Positions 38,940-53,620 of a stretch of DNA of 64,000 nucleotides are shown here, piece after piece. The notes beneath the pieces were generated by a model. It ran no database searches. It was not told the origin of the DNA and was given only the letters and a program-made list of their open reading frames with translations. The number at the start of each line of letters is the position of its first letter. The first letter of the stretch is position 1. The translations under genes and the position numbers were made by a program. The stretch spans positions 340,938,001 to 341,002,000 of the forward strand of contig OZ024740.1 in NCBI GenBank assembly GCA_964016885.1, in the 5' to 3' direction. Source of the stretch: Eledone cirrhosa (Eukaryota).

Positions 38940-39832
38940 CTAGGGCGGGTAGAATTCCCGAGATCCATGGACGAGTTCTCTCCAGCGGTCTCTATCCCTC
39001 ATTATCGCTGCCATGTCCTGCGTCTCCAACAGACTAGTGTCTATCCTTAGGGCATCAACATACGTTAACCTTCCAGTGTATCTATGTAGGGGCTCCCACA
39101 GGAGCACTGAGTGCAATGTCAACTCTGGATGTCGGTGAGCATGTCCAGCTAACCTCAGTCTCCTCTGTGTCACTTTTGAGCTGCTCCCATACAGCTCTGA
39201 GTTTTTCATCCTCAGTGTATACTGATTAATGTTCAGAGCCATCCTCAGCATCAGCATTCTCGTGTAGCACCCATCCACCATCTGAGTGAGTTTCTTGGTC
39301 AGTGTTCAAGTCTCGTACAGCAGTACAGACTGGCTGGAGTGCTCCAGGGAGATACATTGGCTCCCTACCTTTTTATCATCGTAGTGGACTATTGTATGCG
39401 TCTTGCACTGGAGAAACACCAGGACTCTGGCTTTACTGTAGCACTGGCTCAGAGCAGGAGAGTTAAGGCAAAAAAGGTATCAGATGCTGAATTTGCCGAC
39501 GACATAGTTTTGGTGACAAATACAGTGAAGGAGGCAGAGGATTTGATGTGGGAGGTTGAGACTGTGTCGATGAGTATGGGGCTGAGAATGAATGAGACTA
39601 AAACAAAATATCTGGTAGAGACTGTTGAGAAGCCAGAGGGGATCACTAATGTAGGCGGGAAGCCGCTAGAATTGGTTGAGGGCTTCCTGTATTTGGGAGC
39701 AAAGATTGGGAATACGGAAGATGATGTGGTTGAGAGGAAGAGCAAAGCCTGGGTGGCGTGCCACAGCTTGAAATTGGTGTGGAAGTCGGACCGTCGTAAA
39801 GACATGAAAATCCGCCTCTTCATTGCTGTAAT
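38940..39832. mobile_element. Distinct RTE-type LINE with an inverted 5' part
   Basis: Plus 39336-39830 GVLQGDTLAPYLF...FADD...FLYLG...KIRLFIAV; minus 39332-38940 continues QSVLLY...RRLRLAGH...DRDRW*; no PHD insert. Confidence 0.85.
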
Positions 39833-39844
39833 GATATATATATA

Positions 39845-39905
<61 letters not shown>

Positions 39906-39948
39906 GATATATATATATATTTATATATATATGATATATATATATGAT

Positions 39949-39984
<36 letters not shown>

Positions 39985-40583
39985 GTATATATAGAGAGAG
40001 AACTATGTTAAAGTTTACAGCATTGGAGATATCAAATATAAGCAGAATGTTAAGACTGACACAATGGACACTATGTCTATTATTAAATGGGAAAATATCA
40101 ATAAGGTCTGCTGTCTGGGATATAATTTGGAGTCATTAAAACTAAATTCAGTAATTATTAGAAAATAATATTAGAGAAAGAAAAATAAACTTAGATGAAA
40201 TAAGAAACAAAATGTGTAGTTTCTGAATCTTTATTGGTAATTCATTAGAACCACCCACAACATATATATGTATGTGCAGCTACGTGTGTGTATATATGTG
40301 TATATGTATGCATGTGTGTGTGTATATATATACATAAATATATATGTATGTATGTATGTATATATATATATATATATATATATGAAAAAATGGGGAGAAG
40401 AATACTGCAGGTTGCACATGGATAACATGTAATAAAATGAGTCCCTCATCAGTGATTTGCCGACGATCATAGATATTTCATTGCATTAAAAATCATATAC
40501 CTCACGTCGGTGCAATAATAACTAAATTAAGTTATTAGGACAATTAAAACGCGTAAAGCGAGTGAGACAAGATAACAACAAAG

Positions 40584-40622
<39 letters not shown>

Positions 40623-42104
40623 GTATTTATATATGATTGTATATATATATATGTATGTATATATATATGTATGTATATATATATATATGTCAGGTCACCA
40701 GTGGTGCTACTGGTAACATGTATCCCAGTACAACCTGTCTCATGGTCGGGTCGTTGGCGACTAAACTGGCAACACAACCAAGGTTTCTTGGTGAGGAGGG
40801 TGACTTAGGACATCCTGCAGGACTAAAAACAAAACCTGTCAAAGACAAAGGAGCTCTTAAGAGTCAATGGCCATCCAAAATCACAGAGAGAGATGACCCC
40901 TTAGCCTTTGTCAAGGCAGAATTCTAGGAGAAGGAAAACTCTGATATAACACCTGCAACCCTGATGGTATCCAATGATGTTGACTTGTTCTTCTTTTTGG
41001 TAAATATCATCTTGGTTAAGAGAGTGAAACTGGCTTTGTGCAGTGCCTTTGCTCACTATAAAAGCTTCATGGCACAGGCATTGCTTTATATCTGGAGATC
41101 TCTCTGCACTTGTCATCACATGGTACCATGGGCCCAGCACTATGTGTCAGTAATTGTGACAAGTGTAGTGTTTGTACCAGAGCTTTCAAGTCGCTGGCTG
41201 GACTAAAAGTCACACTCGTTCAGCGCATCAGTAGGGGTTCTCCTACATGGATATAAAGTAGTGGCCGTACTCGAAAACGAGTTGGCAGCCACCATATATA
41301 TATATTTATATAAATGCGTGAATGTGTGTAATATATAGATATGTGTGTGTGCAATGTATATATATGTATATATGTATACATATTTCTGTGTACACATACA
41401 CACACATATATGTATATATATATATATACATTTGTATGTATCATCATCATCATAATGTCTTTAACATCCGTTTTCTCTGCTAAATGATGATGATAGTGAT
41501 ACAAATAATTTGTATATATATAATATATGTACATACATTTGTGTATGTGTGTTTGCATACATACACCTTCACACATATAGATATTTATAGTGGTAATTCA
41601 TAAGTACCACCCACTAAATACACACACGCATGCACACCCAGACACACACACACACATATATATATGCACATGTACATACACATATATAATATAATCGCAT
41701 ATATTCAAGACTTGACTTGACTTTCAAAATCAACACTATCTGAAGAATTTACAGATGTTCTTGTGATCTATTTTAAAATCAAGTACTAAAGATGTTGGTT
41801 GGTGGGTGTTGATAGTTTGGTCACTATCAATGTAAATAATCGTCGAGAAGATAGATGTTCTTGATGTTATTGTGGTTGAGTAGATATTGGAATAGAGGCA
41901 GCAAATTGGTAAAAATTGTTAGATTATCAGATAGAATGTTTTGTAGTATTCGTTCCAGCTTCCTGCACATTGAGCTCAAATCCAGCCGAGGTCAACTTTG
42001 CCTTTCATCATTTCGACGTCAATAAATAAATAAAATACGAGTTCACCTTGACAGGATCATGGGATTATATTATCATCATCATTTTTACATCCAATATACA
42101 TGTG

Positions 42105-42137
<33 letters not shown>

Positions 42138-42138
<1 letters not shown>

Positions 42139-42466
42139 AAGGTGCATGGTTTAGTGATTTGAGTGTTGGGCTTGCAATCGAGAGGTTGTGAGGTCAATTC
42201 TAGGACTTGGTGATGTGTTGTGTTCTTGAGCAAGTTACTTTATTTCATGTTGCTCCAGAAATAGGTTGCGACGTCACTGGTGCCAAGCTGTATTGGCTTT
42301 TGCTATTCCCTTGGACAACGTCGGTGACATAGACAGGTGGGACTGCTATGCATGGATGACTGCTGGTATTCTACAAACAACCTTGCCTGGACTTGTGCCT
42401 TGGAGGGGAACTTTCTGGGTACAAATCCCATGCTCATTTGTGACCAACGGGGGTCTTTACTCTTTA
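42138..42466 (+). mobile_element. tRNA/CORE-like SINE with a different body (relatives ~35235-35480 plus, 63235-63476 minus)
   Basis: Head gaaggtgcatggtttagtg...ttcttgagcaagttactttatttcatgttgctccag like the RTE-tailed SINE; downstream sequence unrelated. Confidence 0.7.
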
Positions 42467-43500
42467 TATATATAAATATAAATATATATATATATATGTA
42501 GATCCCGAGTGAAATTGGGGATAACCACAGTAAATAAGGTACTCAATACATAAGTAGAGTAATCCACTACTCAATACCTACTCCTAACTAACCCACTAAG
42601 CTGGGTCATCCATGTAATGAGGCAGGTCTGGCCAGTTGACCGCATCATGCTTTCTCAAACAGAACTGTATTTTGGGTGGGTTTTGTACAGCTGGATGCCT
42701 TTCCTAACACCAACCACGTTTACATATAAATATATATATAGATATATATTGGTGGTAGCACTAAGACAGCATTTAAGCATAATAGAGGTGTAGATGAAAA
42801 CAGATATAATATGTTTATATACAATAAACATATGGGTAGCCACACTACCAAAGAAAAATATTTTTTTGTAACAAAATGAAACGAAAAAATCAGTAACACT
42901 CACTCAACACATTCTGGCATGAAATGGACTAGAGTCTATATAGAGTTTTGCATGATGATCACTTGCTGGAGATGCTCATTGTTCTGGTCTTGTAAAAAAA
43001 AGCATCCAGTACACACTGTAAATGTGGTTGGTGTTAGGAAGGGCATCCGAGCATAGAAACCAAGCCAGAATCAGTTCTGTATGAGCAAGACACGGTCATC
43101 TGACATGATTTGTCTCATAACAGAACAACTTGTCTAACCCATGTTAGTGTGGAAAAATGGATGTTAAATGGTGATGGTGGTGGTGATGATGCTGATGATA
43201 TCAGATAGAAATGATTTCTACAACAGCGTAACTGTTTCATTCATTTGAAATCATCTGGAATGTCAGATAATTTTTGTCAGATTCAGTGTCTATATATTTC
43301 TTTGGAGAAGAGGAAAATAAGAAAGAGGAAGAAGAGGAGGAGGAGGGGAAGGAGGGGAAAAAGAAGAAGAAACAGCCTCTATTGGGGGTCCAGATGATAG
43401 CTGATGGAGGTGTGAGGATGTTAGTTGTGTGGGAGGTTTTGGTGCTTTGCTAGTAGAATAGTTTATATGCAACACACACAATCACACACACATATACGTA

Positions 43501-43540
<40 letters not shown>

Positions 43541-43699
43541 CACACACATATATATATACACACATACATATGTACACACGTATATATATACACCCAGCTG
43601 TAGAAATCAAGCCAGAATCAGTTCCCGTCCCACCCTTGCAAACAGGGAAAAGCGGACGTAAAATGATGAATGAATGAATACATACATATACCCATACAC

Positions 43700-45137
43700 A
43701 TACTCTGGCTATAACACTTTTGGTACACCCACCTCCACTGTTAATGAGATCACCTAGATAGCAGAAGATTTCCACCACTTCCAGTGAACCTTCTGAACAT
43801 ATGAGAGAGTTTCTTGAGTGCTATTACTTTTGACTACTCCGGTACATCTGCCACATAAGAAGTGTACCCTCCCTATCAATTTATCTGTAATTCCACTACA
43901 TATCTTGTGTGTCCACTGTCTAAACAGGGTACAATAAAATGGAACTCCTGCCTTCTTCTCTCCTATTGAGCACAGCCATCTTCCTGATAGTAGTAAAGTC
44001 ATATCCTCTTTCCTGCTTACTAAAACTTTAGTCTTTGCTAAATTCCTTTGATTCCAGATTTTACTTCCATGTCTGGAACTTTTTTCTAGTTCTTTTATCA
44101 TTTCAGCTATGAGGGCAAGATCATCAGCATATAAGAGCTCCCATGAACAATCAGTCTTTAATTCTTCTGTTATGGCCTGCAGATCTATAATGAGTACAAG
44201 ACTGATGACTGGGCCTTGGTGGACTCTAAACTTATCACTATATTAATTGCCTTCACCTTGCTGGTTACACCTCTCTCCATATCACACAACCCTCATAAGC
44301 CATTCCGTTATCTCTAGTGTTTAAACCGACCACCAAATTACACAGGATGAGATTTTGTCAAAGGTCTTTTCCAAGTCAACAAATACTAAGTATAGTGGCT
44401 TATCTTAACTACGTACTTCTCCTGCAGCTGCCTGACTAAAAAAAAGGTAACATGGAAGTATCAAATAATACAACTGGCTATCCGCAAAATACATATAGTT
44501 GGCACCCCAAACGTAAAATTGGGATTATACTAAAGTATATCCTAATGTTTGTTGAGTGAGATAGAAGCCAGTCAGAGTATAGCTTAAAGCTTTCTCTGTT
44601 AATGTATTAAATATATATATATATATATATATTTCGTTTCTGAATTTGTTTAGCAAGATTCTTTATCTGAAAATGTGCGTTGAAACCGATATTGTTATGC
44701 TTTGGGAGGGCCATGTTGCCAATAACAAACACACGCACCAGTTGCTTTCACTTCAATTTATTATAAATTAAATTTATAAATTTAGGAATTTATAAATTTC
44801 CGGTTGGTTGGTTGGTTCGACAACCAGACGATTGTTCATATATTGTCAAAGTTCTTTCGTCACACAAACACAAGGATATATATATATATATATATCCTTG
44901 TGTTTGTTCATAGGAATAAAGCTTACACATACACAATCAAATACTCAGTATTTAAAAAGAATAGAATGTTTAGTCCATAAATTAGTCACACACACACATA
45001 CATTATTTCAATTTATTTCAGTTGGAAATCATGTCCATAGGACTAGCACTGTTTCAATTGGTTGAAATGATCAGGAAAGTCAGATAATTTTATAATTAAC
45101 TGTGGCCTTTTTCTGTTCTTCTATGGAAGACCATTCC

Positions 45138-45183
<46 letters not shown>

Positions 45184-45908
45184 GAACAGTACTCTAGATA
45201 GGGTCATAAGAGCTAAGAGACAGATTTGGAAAGCCTGGTGTTGCAGGGAATTATACCAAGTAGCTAGAATAGAAGCTAGACGGCAGGTATATGTAGTAAG
45301 AGGAGAGGTTGCAAGAACAAGGTTCACCAATGTTTTGTAGCATGGTATTTCAGTCTACAAGACATTGTACCAAGGTGAACCAAGATATTATGGAAGAGAT
45401 GTGTGTCTGAAATAACAGCATTTCACTAACCTTTACTGATGCAAAAAAAAAAAAGATTCATAGAAGTTTTATGATGAAAGGTTGTTGAATGAGGAGAATA
45501 CCTGGGAGAGTGAACCCAAATGAGGGACCAAGTGAACCCAAATGAGGGACCAGCCATCAAAGTTAACAGCAATGTGGCAAGTAAAGTGATTAAGAATATG
45601 AAGGTAAGAAAAGCAGTTGGTCCATCAGAAATTGTTGTTGAAGTGATTAAACTATATGGTGGAGTAAACCACAAGATAGTCACTTGTATAGTTAATCGGA
45701 TCGTACAGAGAGGTGTCATACCAAATGACTGGTATAGCAGCAACAGTGTCATCTGTTACAAGGGCAAAAGAGATGTACTAGAGAGGGGAAATTATTGATA
45801 CATTAAACTGTTGGAACAGGTTATAAAGGTCACAAGTAATTGCACAGCTAATTAGGGACAGAATAAATTTTGATGAGATGCAGTTCAGCTTTGTTCCTAA
45901 GAGAACTA
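43700..45908. mobile_element. Old RTE split into opposed pieces (43700-44450 minus; 45185-45908 plus) with small insertions between
   Basis: Plus piece EGPAI...KAVGPSEIV...EMQFSFVP; minus piece LVRQLQEK...FVDLEK...YADD...FCYLGD. Confidence 0.75.
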
Positions 45909-46072
45909 TATATATATATGCCTTCTGGACCTGCACTTCCTCCAAGCATGAACCTAATATAGCTGCGTAAATTTGCCTCCTGTGTTTTGTTTCATTTATT
46001 AACTATAAATACATATATAATATAATATATATGATATAGTCATTAGGATGTGTGTTTGTGTACATATATATA

Positions 46073-46260
46073 TAGGAAAAAGTATGACCCCGACGGCAGA
46101 GCTCAAGCAGTTTCGACGGCTATTTCCAGAAATAGCCGTCGAAACGGCTTGAGCTCTGCCGTCGGGGTCATACTTTTTCCTATTTCCCACTCTACTACCC
46201 TAAGTATTGAGTACTCTGGTGCGTTATGGTCCATCTGGTTACTTACCACAATTCCTTTGT
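46073..46260. mobile_element. Family C fold-back copy
   Basis: Palindrome 46072-46183 turning at ggctatttc ca gaaatagcc; tail to ...accacaattcctttg. Confidence 0.85.
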
Positions 46261-46270
46261 TATATATAAA

Positions 46271-46357
46271 GTAATTCCGTCGGAAAAGTCCAGGAAAAAA
46301 GAGTGCTCTATGTAGGTAACAGAGCTTAATAATTGCCTTATGTTGTTTATTACATAA
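46271..46357. mobile_element. Family D tiny inverted-join copy
   Basis: Reverse complement of 13116-13176 joined to direct copy of 13085-13111. Confidence 0.85.
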
Positions 46358-48579
46358 CTATATATATATACATACATACATACAGTATGTGTGTGTGAGA
46401 GAGTTATCTTGATCATTATTATGAACATCTAGGTCATACTTAAACAGATACATATACTGTTAACAAGTCATATATATATACTTTCAATAGCTAAACATAC
46501 ATAAATATAAATAGCATACACATATACACATTTACTTGCATAATTGTATGTAAAATTACTGCTATATTGCAGTATATGCCATTTTGTTATAAAAAGGTGA
46601 AGTAAATCTTCCTCAATAGGTCAGTAAATGGCCAGTTGCAACCAGTTGTTTGGAGCACCAGGGAGTACAAGCTATACCATCATGTCAGACAAACAACCAA
46701 TTCAATGTGCCTCATCTCTTACATAATCTACCAACTCCAGCTAGATCATCCAACTTTGACTCTATCTACTAACACAGGCTGATATAATGTGAATCACCAC
46801 ACCATAACTGTTCTCTTCATAAATGAAGACTCTTTCTAAAATAACTGATTTGTAATGTTGTTTATCCCAAAATTCTAATTCTAATATTAACATATGCTAC
46901 CCATGTAAAAAAAAAAACCTTCCATCATGTATACTCCAACATCTGATTGATAATAAAATGATCAAATATTTTAAAACCAATATTTAAAAAAAGAAAGAAA
47001 AAGCAACTGAAGATGTGTTCTAGTTTTGGTTTATGGTTTATTGGGTAATGAAGAAAATGTAGTCATGACTAGCTTCATACCACTATTACAAATATAAACT
47101 GAAAACGATCATCAGTTAATAAGTTATCTTTGAATTATTAAATGATATATATATATATTTATATAATGTCAGTTTAAATGGTGATATTTGCAATTATTTC
47201 ATTCCCAGTATATACAAAAAAATACAGATTTGAGATTTTAATTAGGAGTCTTCCTTTACTCTACTGAAGGAGTTTAATCTACAAATTTAGGCTTCTTAAA
47301 AATATATGCCCCCCCCCCCCCCCCCCCCAAAAAAAAATATGTTATGAGGGAGCAAAAGAGAATTTGTGTTCTCATTGCTAATTGTTCAGTTGGTTAGCAC
47401 ACAGCTAACTTGGTTTGTATTTCTCAGTAAATTATTGATTTCAATTATAGTCTTTTGCATTCCTTGTCTGTTATTGTGCAGAATGAAGAATATCTTACAT
47501 ATTTCATATGTATTTTTATTTTGTTTACTGAAATAACTGTTGAGGAGTATCTGCAAAAACTTTAATTTGCCAAAGATTATTTCATAGTGAGGAAAAAAAA
47601 ATTTAACATCTGCTGTGACATATCTGTGGATCTATTTTTTTAATTTCTTTTTGCCTGGTTCTGGATTCTGAAATAATTATGTCACAAAATGTTGTCAGCT
47701 TAGAATTAATGAGTGGGACACTTGCTAACTAACAGACACATGACTAATTATAGTCTTTACTTCATTTTGTTAATATATTGTGTTGAAGTGTGCAGGTAAT
47801 TATAGCCATGTTGTCAAGCAAGCAACATTCTTCCTATCTATGCTCAACTATGCTTCGTTGATCACGTCAGCTTGCTTTGTGCTGCTGAAAAATTAGATCC
47901 ATACTCTTAAGCTGTGTCAACAGACTTCCATTGTTTGTCTTTTGCTGAGGCGATTACCTGCAATTGTTGCAAAGAAGCAGTAATGGTAGTGTGAATAACA
48001 TTAAATAAAAGGAGTGGGAATATCTCAGAAATAACAGCCAACTGTTTCACAAGAATTGTTAAATCTTAAAAACATACGAATGTCTGGAAATTTCTTTACT
48101 TGCTTCTATCTTCAGTCTTTTCTAACTGGACATCTTGTCTATATTTTAACTGCTGTCTATTGAAAATTTCAATATATTTAAATACATATTTATTTCTTCT
48201 TGTTACACAAAGTGTCTCACAGACCTAAAGATATATCCATCATAATGAATGCTTTCTAAACATTTATATAGTAGTAGCAGTAGTAGTGGTGGTTGTAGTA
48301 GTGGTGGTGGCGATGGCAGTATTAGTAGTAGTAGTAGTGGTGGTAGTAGTAGTAGTGGTGGTGGTTGTAGTAGTGGTGATGGTGGTGGTTGTAGTAGTCG
48401 TGGTGGTTGTAGAGTCGTGATGGTGGTGGTTGTAGTAGTCGTGATGGTGGTTGTACTAGTGGTGGTGGTGGTGGAGGTGGCAATGGCAGTAGTAGTAGTA
48501 GTAATTATTCCTTTCCGCTACTTTATTTGTGAGGTTCTGTTTGTACTTAATAATGATGATACACTATTATTATTTCCAT

Positions 48580-48647
<68 letters not shown>

Positions 48648-48752
48648 ACCTACCTACCTACCTACCTAACAATCTATCTTTCTTTGTTCCCCCTTTCTCT
48701 CTCTCTCTCAATATATATATATACGATATTAAACAAATGGAAACTATATATA

Positions 48753-48786
<34 letters not shown>

Positions 48787-48868
48787 TGCTGCTATCATTT
48801 ATATTTGCATGTTGTCTTCTGTTTGGAACTGGTTACATTGACTCAGTTGATAAAATACAGTGTGTGTG

Positions 48869-48907
<39 letters not shown>

Positions 48908-50300
48908 AAACAAGCTGAGAGGCAGAATTACTGTTGCTACTATTGTATCAGAAAAGCAGTGACATTATTCAATTGAATTTGACTGAATTTTTTATTTTAT
49001 TTTAATGTTCAGCCTTTTAAATAGACTGTTGTTTTTGTCGTTGTTGTTGTCGCTGCTGCTTACTGTTGTTGCCATCATTGTCGCTGTTGCTGTTGTTGCT
49101 GCTGTTGTTGTTGATTAATCAATACACTAGTCTGTAGTGGCACTCACTATGTCTCTGTGTGTGTGCGTGCGTGTATGTGTGTCTGTGTGTGACTGTATGT
49201 GTGTGTGTGTCTATCTCTTTCTGTGTGCGCGCGTGTGTAGAATACTTGAAGTATATCTTCGTTTTTACATCAGATCTTTTATACAGTGCTTATATTTTCA
49301 CTTTCGTTCCATTTTCATTCCTTCCTGTTTTCTCTCTTCTTTCTTTCCTTCTATCTCCCATTTACTCTTTCTTTCTTTCTTTCTCTCCACTATTTAGTCT
49401 TTCTCCCTCTCTCTTATCTCTTCGTCTTCTAATACCAATCTCCCTTCATATTATCTTCCATCGCGTTCCAATCAGAAATCGTCTGTTTTATAGCAAGAAG
49501 AACTCAATGCAACTAATTTCTAAATATGACATTTGGCAAAATAAACACAGCAAAAGGTAGTGTTCTGTGTTGTGTTGTGTCGTATTCTGTGGTGTTCACT
49601 TGTGTTATATGGTGTGTAATATTCTGTAGAGTTCAATAATATTTTATGGTGTTCTGTGGTGTTATGTAGTTTTACGTGATGTTCTATAGTATTTTATAGT
49701 GTTCTGTCATGTTCTATGGCGTTCTATGGTATTCTCTGGTGTTCTATAGCAGTCTGCAAGTATTTCCCCTTCAGTTCAATTTTTATTCCTTTTTATCAAT
49801 CAGGTCTGTTTTAATAAAGTCAATTAGAAATGACAAACTTGTATGTATTTATCAAGAGCTATCATGGATTGAAATGGGGTTTTCACATTTGGCACAAATC
49901 AAAAGCTGTGAACATTTGTGTCAAGAGAGAAGACAGTTACTGCTACTATCGATTTTTTTTTTCTCAGCAAATCCTTTCTCTTGCTTCACTGTTAATACTA
50001 AGAACGAAGATTTCAATAGCTCGCCATTCCTCATCTCAACAACAGGCACGACTACATCAATTGGCAGTGACATTATGGAAGACAATCAAGAGAATAGGGA
50101 ATTTTCTCATTACACACACACACACACTCATTACTAACACACACACACACACACACTCGCACACATACACATTCATACACATACTCTCAAACACATAAAC
50201 TCATAAACAGACATACACAAATATTTATAAACATTTGTACTTGTAGAATGATGTATATAAAGAAATTATGTACGAACATTAACGCACACACACATATATA

Positions 50301-50352
<52 letters not shown>

Positions 50353-50389
50353 ATATACATACATATATAAATACATACACACACACATA

Positions 50390-50433
<44 letters not shown>

Positions 50434-51240
50434 GTATCATCTTAAGTCTTTAGACAATATAATCTTCGTGTATTTTTTTTTATAAACACATATATGTAAT
50501 TTAAAATTCAGACCTCTTTAAGTTTAATTGTCAGGCCTGTTGATCCTTTAGGCACTCAAATTGTTAATCATAAATTCTTTAAAAATTATAACTAATTATT
50601 TTCTAAATTATATTATATAAATTGTTGTCAATATTATAAATAATGTTGGTAAAGTTTACCTTCGTGAGGTTGTAAAAACATTGTTTTCTTTCTCGTGTTT
50701 GTAAATCCCTTAAATTTGATTTCATAAAATTTGATTTTAGAAATTAAATTTGATAATATACTTTAATATTAATACAGATACCTATTAACTTTTAAAACCT
50801 AAAATTATTCATTACTCTGAACTAACTTAATTAAATATTTTGAATATTAACGGTCAACCAAATAAGTTTAGATATATATTGTATATATGGATAATTGTCT
50901 AAAAACTTGAAAATAAGTTATTCGTCGTTGTCTCTCTCTGTAATCAACTCTCTTTTGTTTTTCGAGGCCTCTACTAACTATATTATCAAATCAGCTGTTT
51001 CTTCCTCTATGCTTTCCTTTCTTTCCTCTTTCTTCAGTAATTTAAATATTTTTAACAGTTATATTGATGCCAAGTATTTTTTAAGCTGTCTCACACGCAC
51101 CCTCTCTATTGTATGTATTATATATTTTTCTCATGTTCTCAATATTAAGGTATATAAATATTGAGTTTTGTCATATATTACTCACTACCATGACTGAATC
51201 TTAACCATCTACTATGTCAGGGTATATCATGCATCATGTT

Positions 51241-51305
51241 ATTTTATCTGATGAGGACGTACTGTTGAAGTTAACTCAGTACCTCTGAAATATGTATAAT
51301 AAAAT
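51241..51305 (+). ncRNA. Type I hammerhead candidate
   Basis: ATTTTAT-CTGATGA-ggacGTACTG...CAGTACctct-GAAA TATGT ATA-ATAAAAT; about 140 nt upstream of an (AT) junction. Confidence 0.65.
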
Positions 51306-51451
51306 ATACTTGATCATAAGAATATCTATTTTGTTAATATTTTGAATTAATATTAATAACTCTGGAAAACCAAACAGTTGAGTGCTTCCAATCTATTGTA
51401 AAACTCATTCTTTGATTTATTCATTGAACCTTGTTTAACTTTTAAATATAT

Positions 51452-51720
51452 ATCATCATCATCATCATCATCATCATTTTAGGTCCGCTTTTCCCTGCTT
51501 GCAAGGGTGGGACGGGAACTGATGCTGGCTTGATTTCTACAGCTGGATGCCCTTCCTAACACCAACCTCATTTACAGTGAGCGCTGGGTGCTTTTTGCCG
51601 TGGCACCTCCACGACCACTTTGCAGTGAAATGATAGGGACCCCAGTCCTTATCATCTCATTTCTACAGCTGAGTAAACTGGAGCAATCTGAAATAAAGTG
51701 TCTTGCTCAAGGAAACAACA
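51452..51720 (-). mobile_element. 5'-truncated RTE-tailed SINE
   Basis: Matches 17939-18205; lacks tRNA head. Confidence 0.85.
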
Positions 51721-51923
51721 GCAAGACACAAACAAGGATATATATATATATATCTACAGGACTAACACTGTTTCATTTGGTTGAAATCATCAGGAAAGTC
51801 AGATAATTTTATAATTGACTGTGGTCTTTTTCTGTTCTTCTATAGAAAACCATTCCATATATATATATATATATATATATATCATCATCATCATCATCAT
51901 CATTTTACGTCCGCTTTTCCCTG

Positions 51924-51964
<41 letters not shown>

Positions 51965-51967
<3 letters not shown>

Positions 51968-52303
51968 TCATCACCATCATCATTTTACGTCCGCTTTTCC
52001 CTGCTTGCAAGGGTGGGATGGGAACTGATTTTGGGTTGATTTCTACAGCTGGATGCCCTTCCTAACACCAACCTCATTTACAGTGAGTGCTGGGTGCTTT
52101 TTTGCCGTGGCGCCTACACGACCACTTTGCAGTGGAATGATAGGGACCCCAGTCCCTATCATCTCATTTCTACAGCTGAGTAAACTGGAGCAATGTGAAA
52201 TAAAGTGTCTTGCTCAAGGAAACAACACATTACCCGGTCTGAGAATTGAACTCACAACTTTTCGATTGCAAGGCCAATGCTCTAACCACTAACCCATGTG
52301 CCT

Positions 52304-52305
<2 letters not shown>
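51965..52305 (-). mobile_element. Full-length RTE-tailed SINE
   Basis: Near-identical to 17939-18283; flanked by (AT)n. Confidence 0.9.
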
Positions 52306-52368
<63 letters not shown>

Positions 52369-52370
52369 CA

Positions 52371-52416
<46 letters not shown>

Positions 52417-53491
52417 GAAATAGTGGACAGCCTCCGTTACCTGGGTGCCAAAATCAGCAGTGGGGGAGGGTGCTCTGAAAGTACAGCAGCTAGAGTCAGA
52501 ACTGGATGGAAAAAGTTCAGAGAGCTTATACCACTATTAGCCGCTAAAGGGTTCTCCCTAAAAATGAAAGGCAGGTTGTATGATGCCTGCATACGAACAG
52601 CAATGTTGCATGGCAGTGAGACCTGGGTATTGTGTGCAGAGGGTATAGGCAGACTAGAGAGAAACGAAGCTTGCATGCTCCGCTGGATGTGTAATAGTAA
52701 TATACGTGAACGGCAAAGCATAAACGAATTAAGGAAAAAATTAGAAATAAGAGGGATCAGATGTTGTTTACTCGAGAGAAGGCTACGTTGGTATGGTCAC
52801 GTGATGCGCATGAAAGACCATAGCTGTATAACAAAGTGCAGGGCAATAAAGATAGACGGTAGCCACGGAATAGGCAGACCCAGAAAGACCTGGGACGAGC
52901 TGATAAATTCCAACCTCACACACTTACACCTCACCAAGACAATGTCACTGGACCGAGACCTTTGGCGGTACTCAGTAACAGAGAAGACCCGCCTTACCTA
53001 AATACAAAGTAAAATCTACTACAGTCAGTAGGCATCTCTAACAAAATACCCCCCCCCCCCCCCCCCCCCATCCACACCGCCCCTTTCAATGTAAAGTTAT
53101 GTTGGTGCCACAACATCCAGGCCGAAACAAATGAGATCGTGTAGCTGTCACGACAAAAAAACACACAGTTCACGCTGTAATGTGGCCGTGTAGGCAACAC
53201 GGTAAAAACCTCCCAGCCCCACACTGTAAATGTGGTTGGTGTTAGGAAGGGCATCCAGCTGTAGAAAACCCGCCAGACAGTCCACGCTGTAATGTGGCCG
53301 TGTAGGCAACACGGTAAAAACCTCCCAGCCCCACACTGTAAATGTGGTTGGTGTTAGGAAGGGCATCCAGCTGTAGAAAACCCGCCAGATAGTCCTATGC
53401 GAGCAAGATAATCACTCTTGCCTCAAGTGGGAAAACCCCCGTCCAAACCCATGCAAGCGTGGAACACGAACGTTAAACGTTGATGATGATG

Positions 53492-53492
<1 letters not shown>
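52417..53492 (+). mobile_element. RTE family A 3' part with a 112-bp tandem duplication in the 3' UTR
   Basis: [10 protein letters not shown]...TEKTRLT*; cacgctgtaatgtggcc... starts at both 53171 and 53283. Confidence 0.92.
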
Positions 53493-53523
<31 letters not shown>

Positions 53524-53620
53524 GAGATGTCAACATGAATGGACCTGTTATTTTTATCTAAAGACATTTTTTCCAATTCCATCCCGCCCGTCCCCTCAAT
53601 CTATTTTATTTCTCATTCTT

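Noticed and set aside
40690-40960. RTE 5'-UTR-like segment (ctaggagaaggaaaactctga) as an HDV-like ribozyme
   Set aside because: A P1-like pairing exists (ggtcacc/ggtgact), but P3/L3, P1.1 and P2 could not be assembled by eye
51758-51815. Hammerhead-like CTGATGA...GAAAC on the minus strand (second copy 45040-45095)
   Set aside because: Stems I and II do not abut the core properly and the second copy reads CTGATCA; at best degenerate
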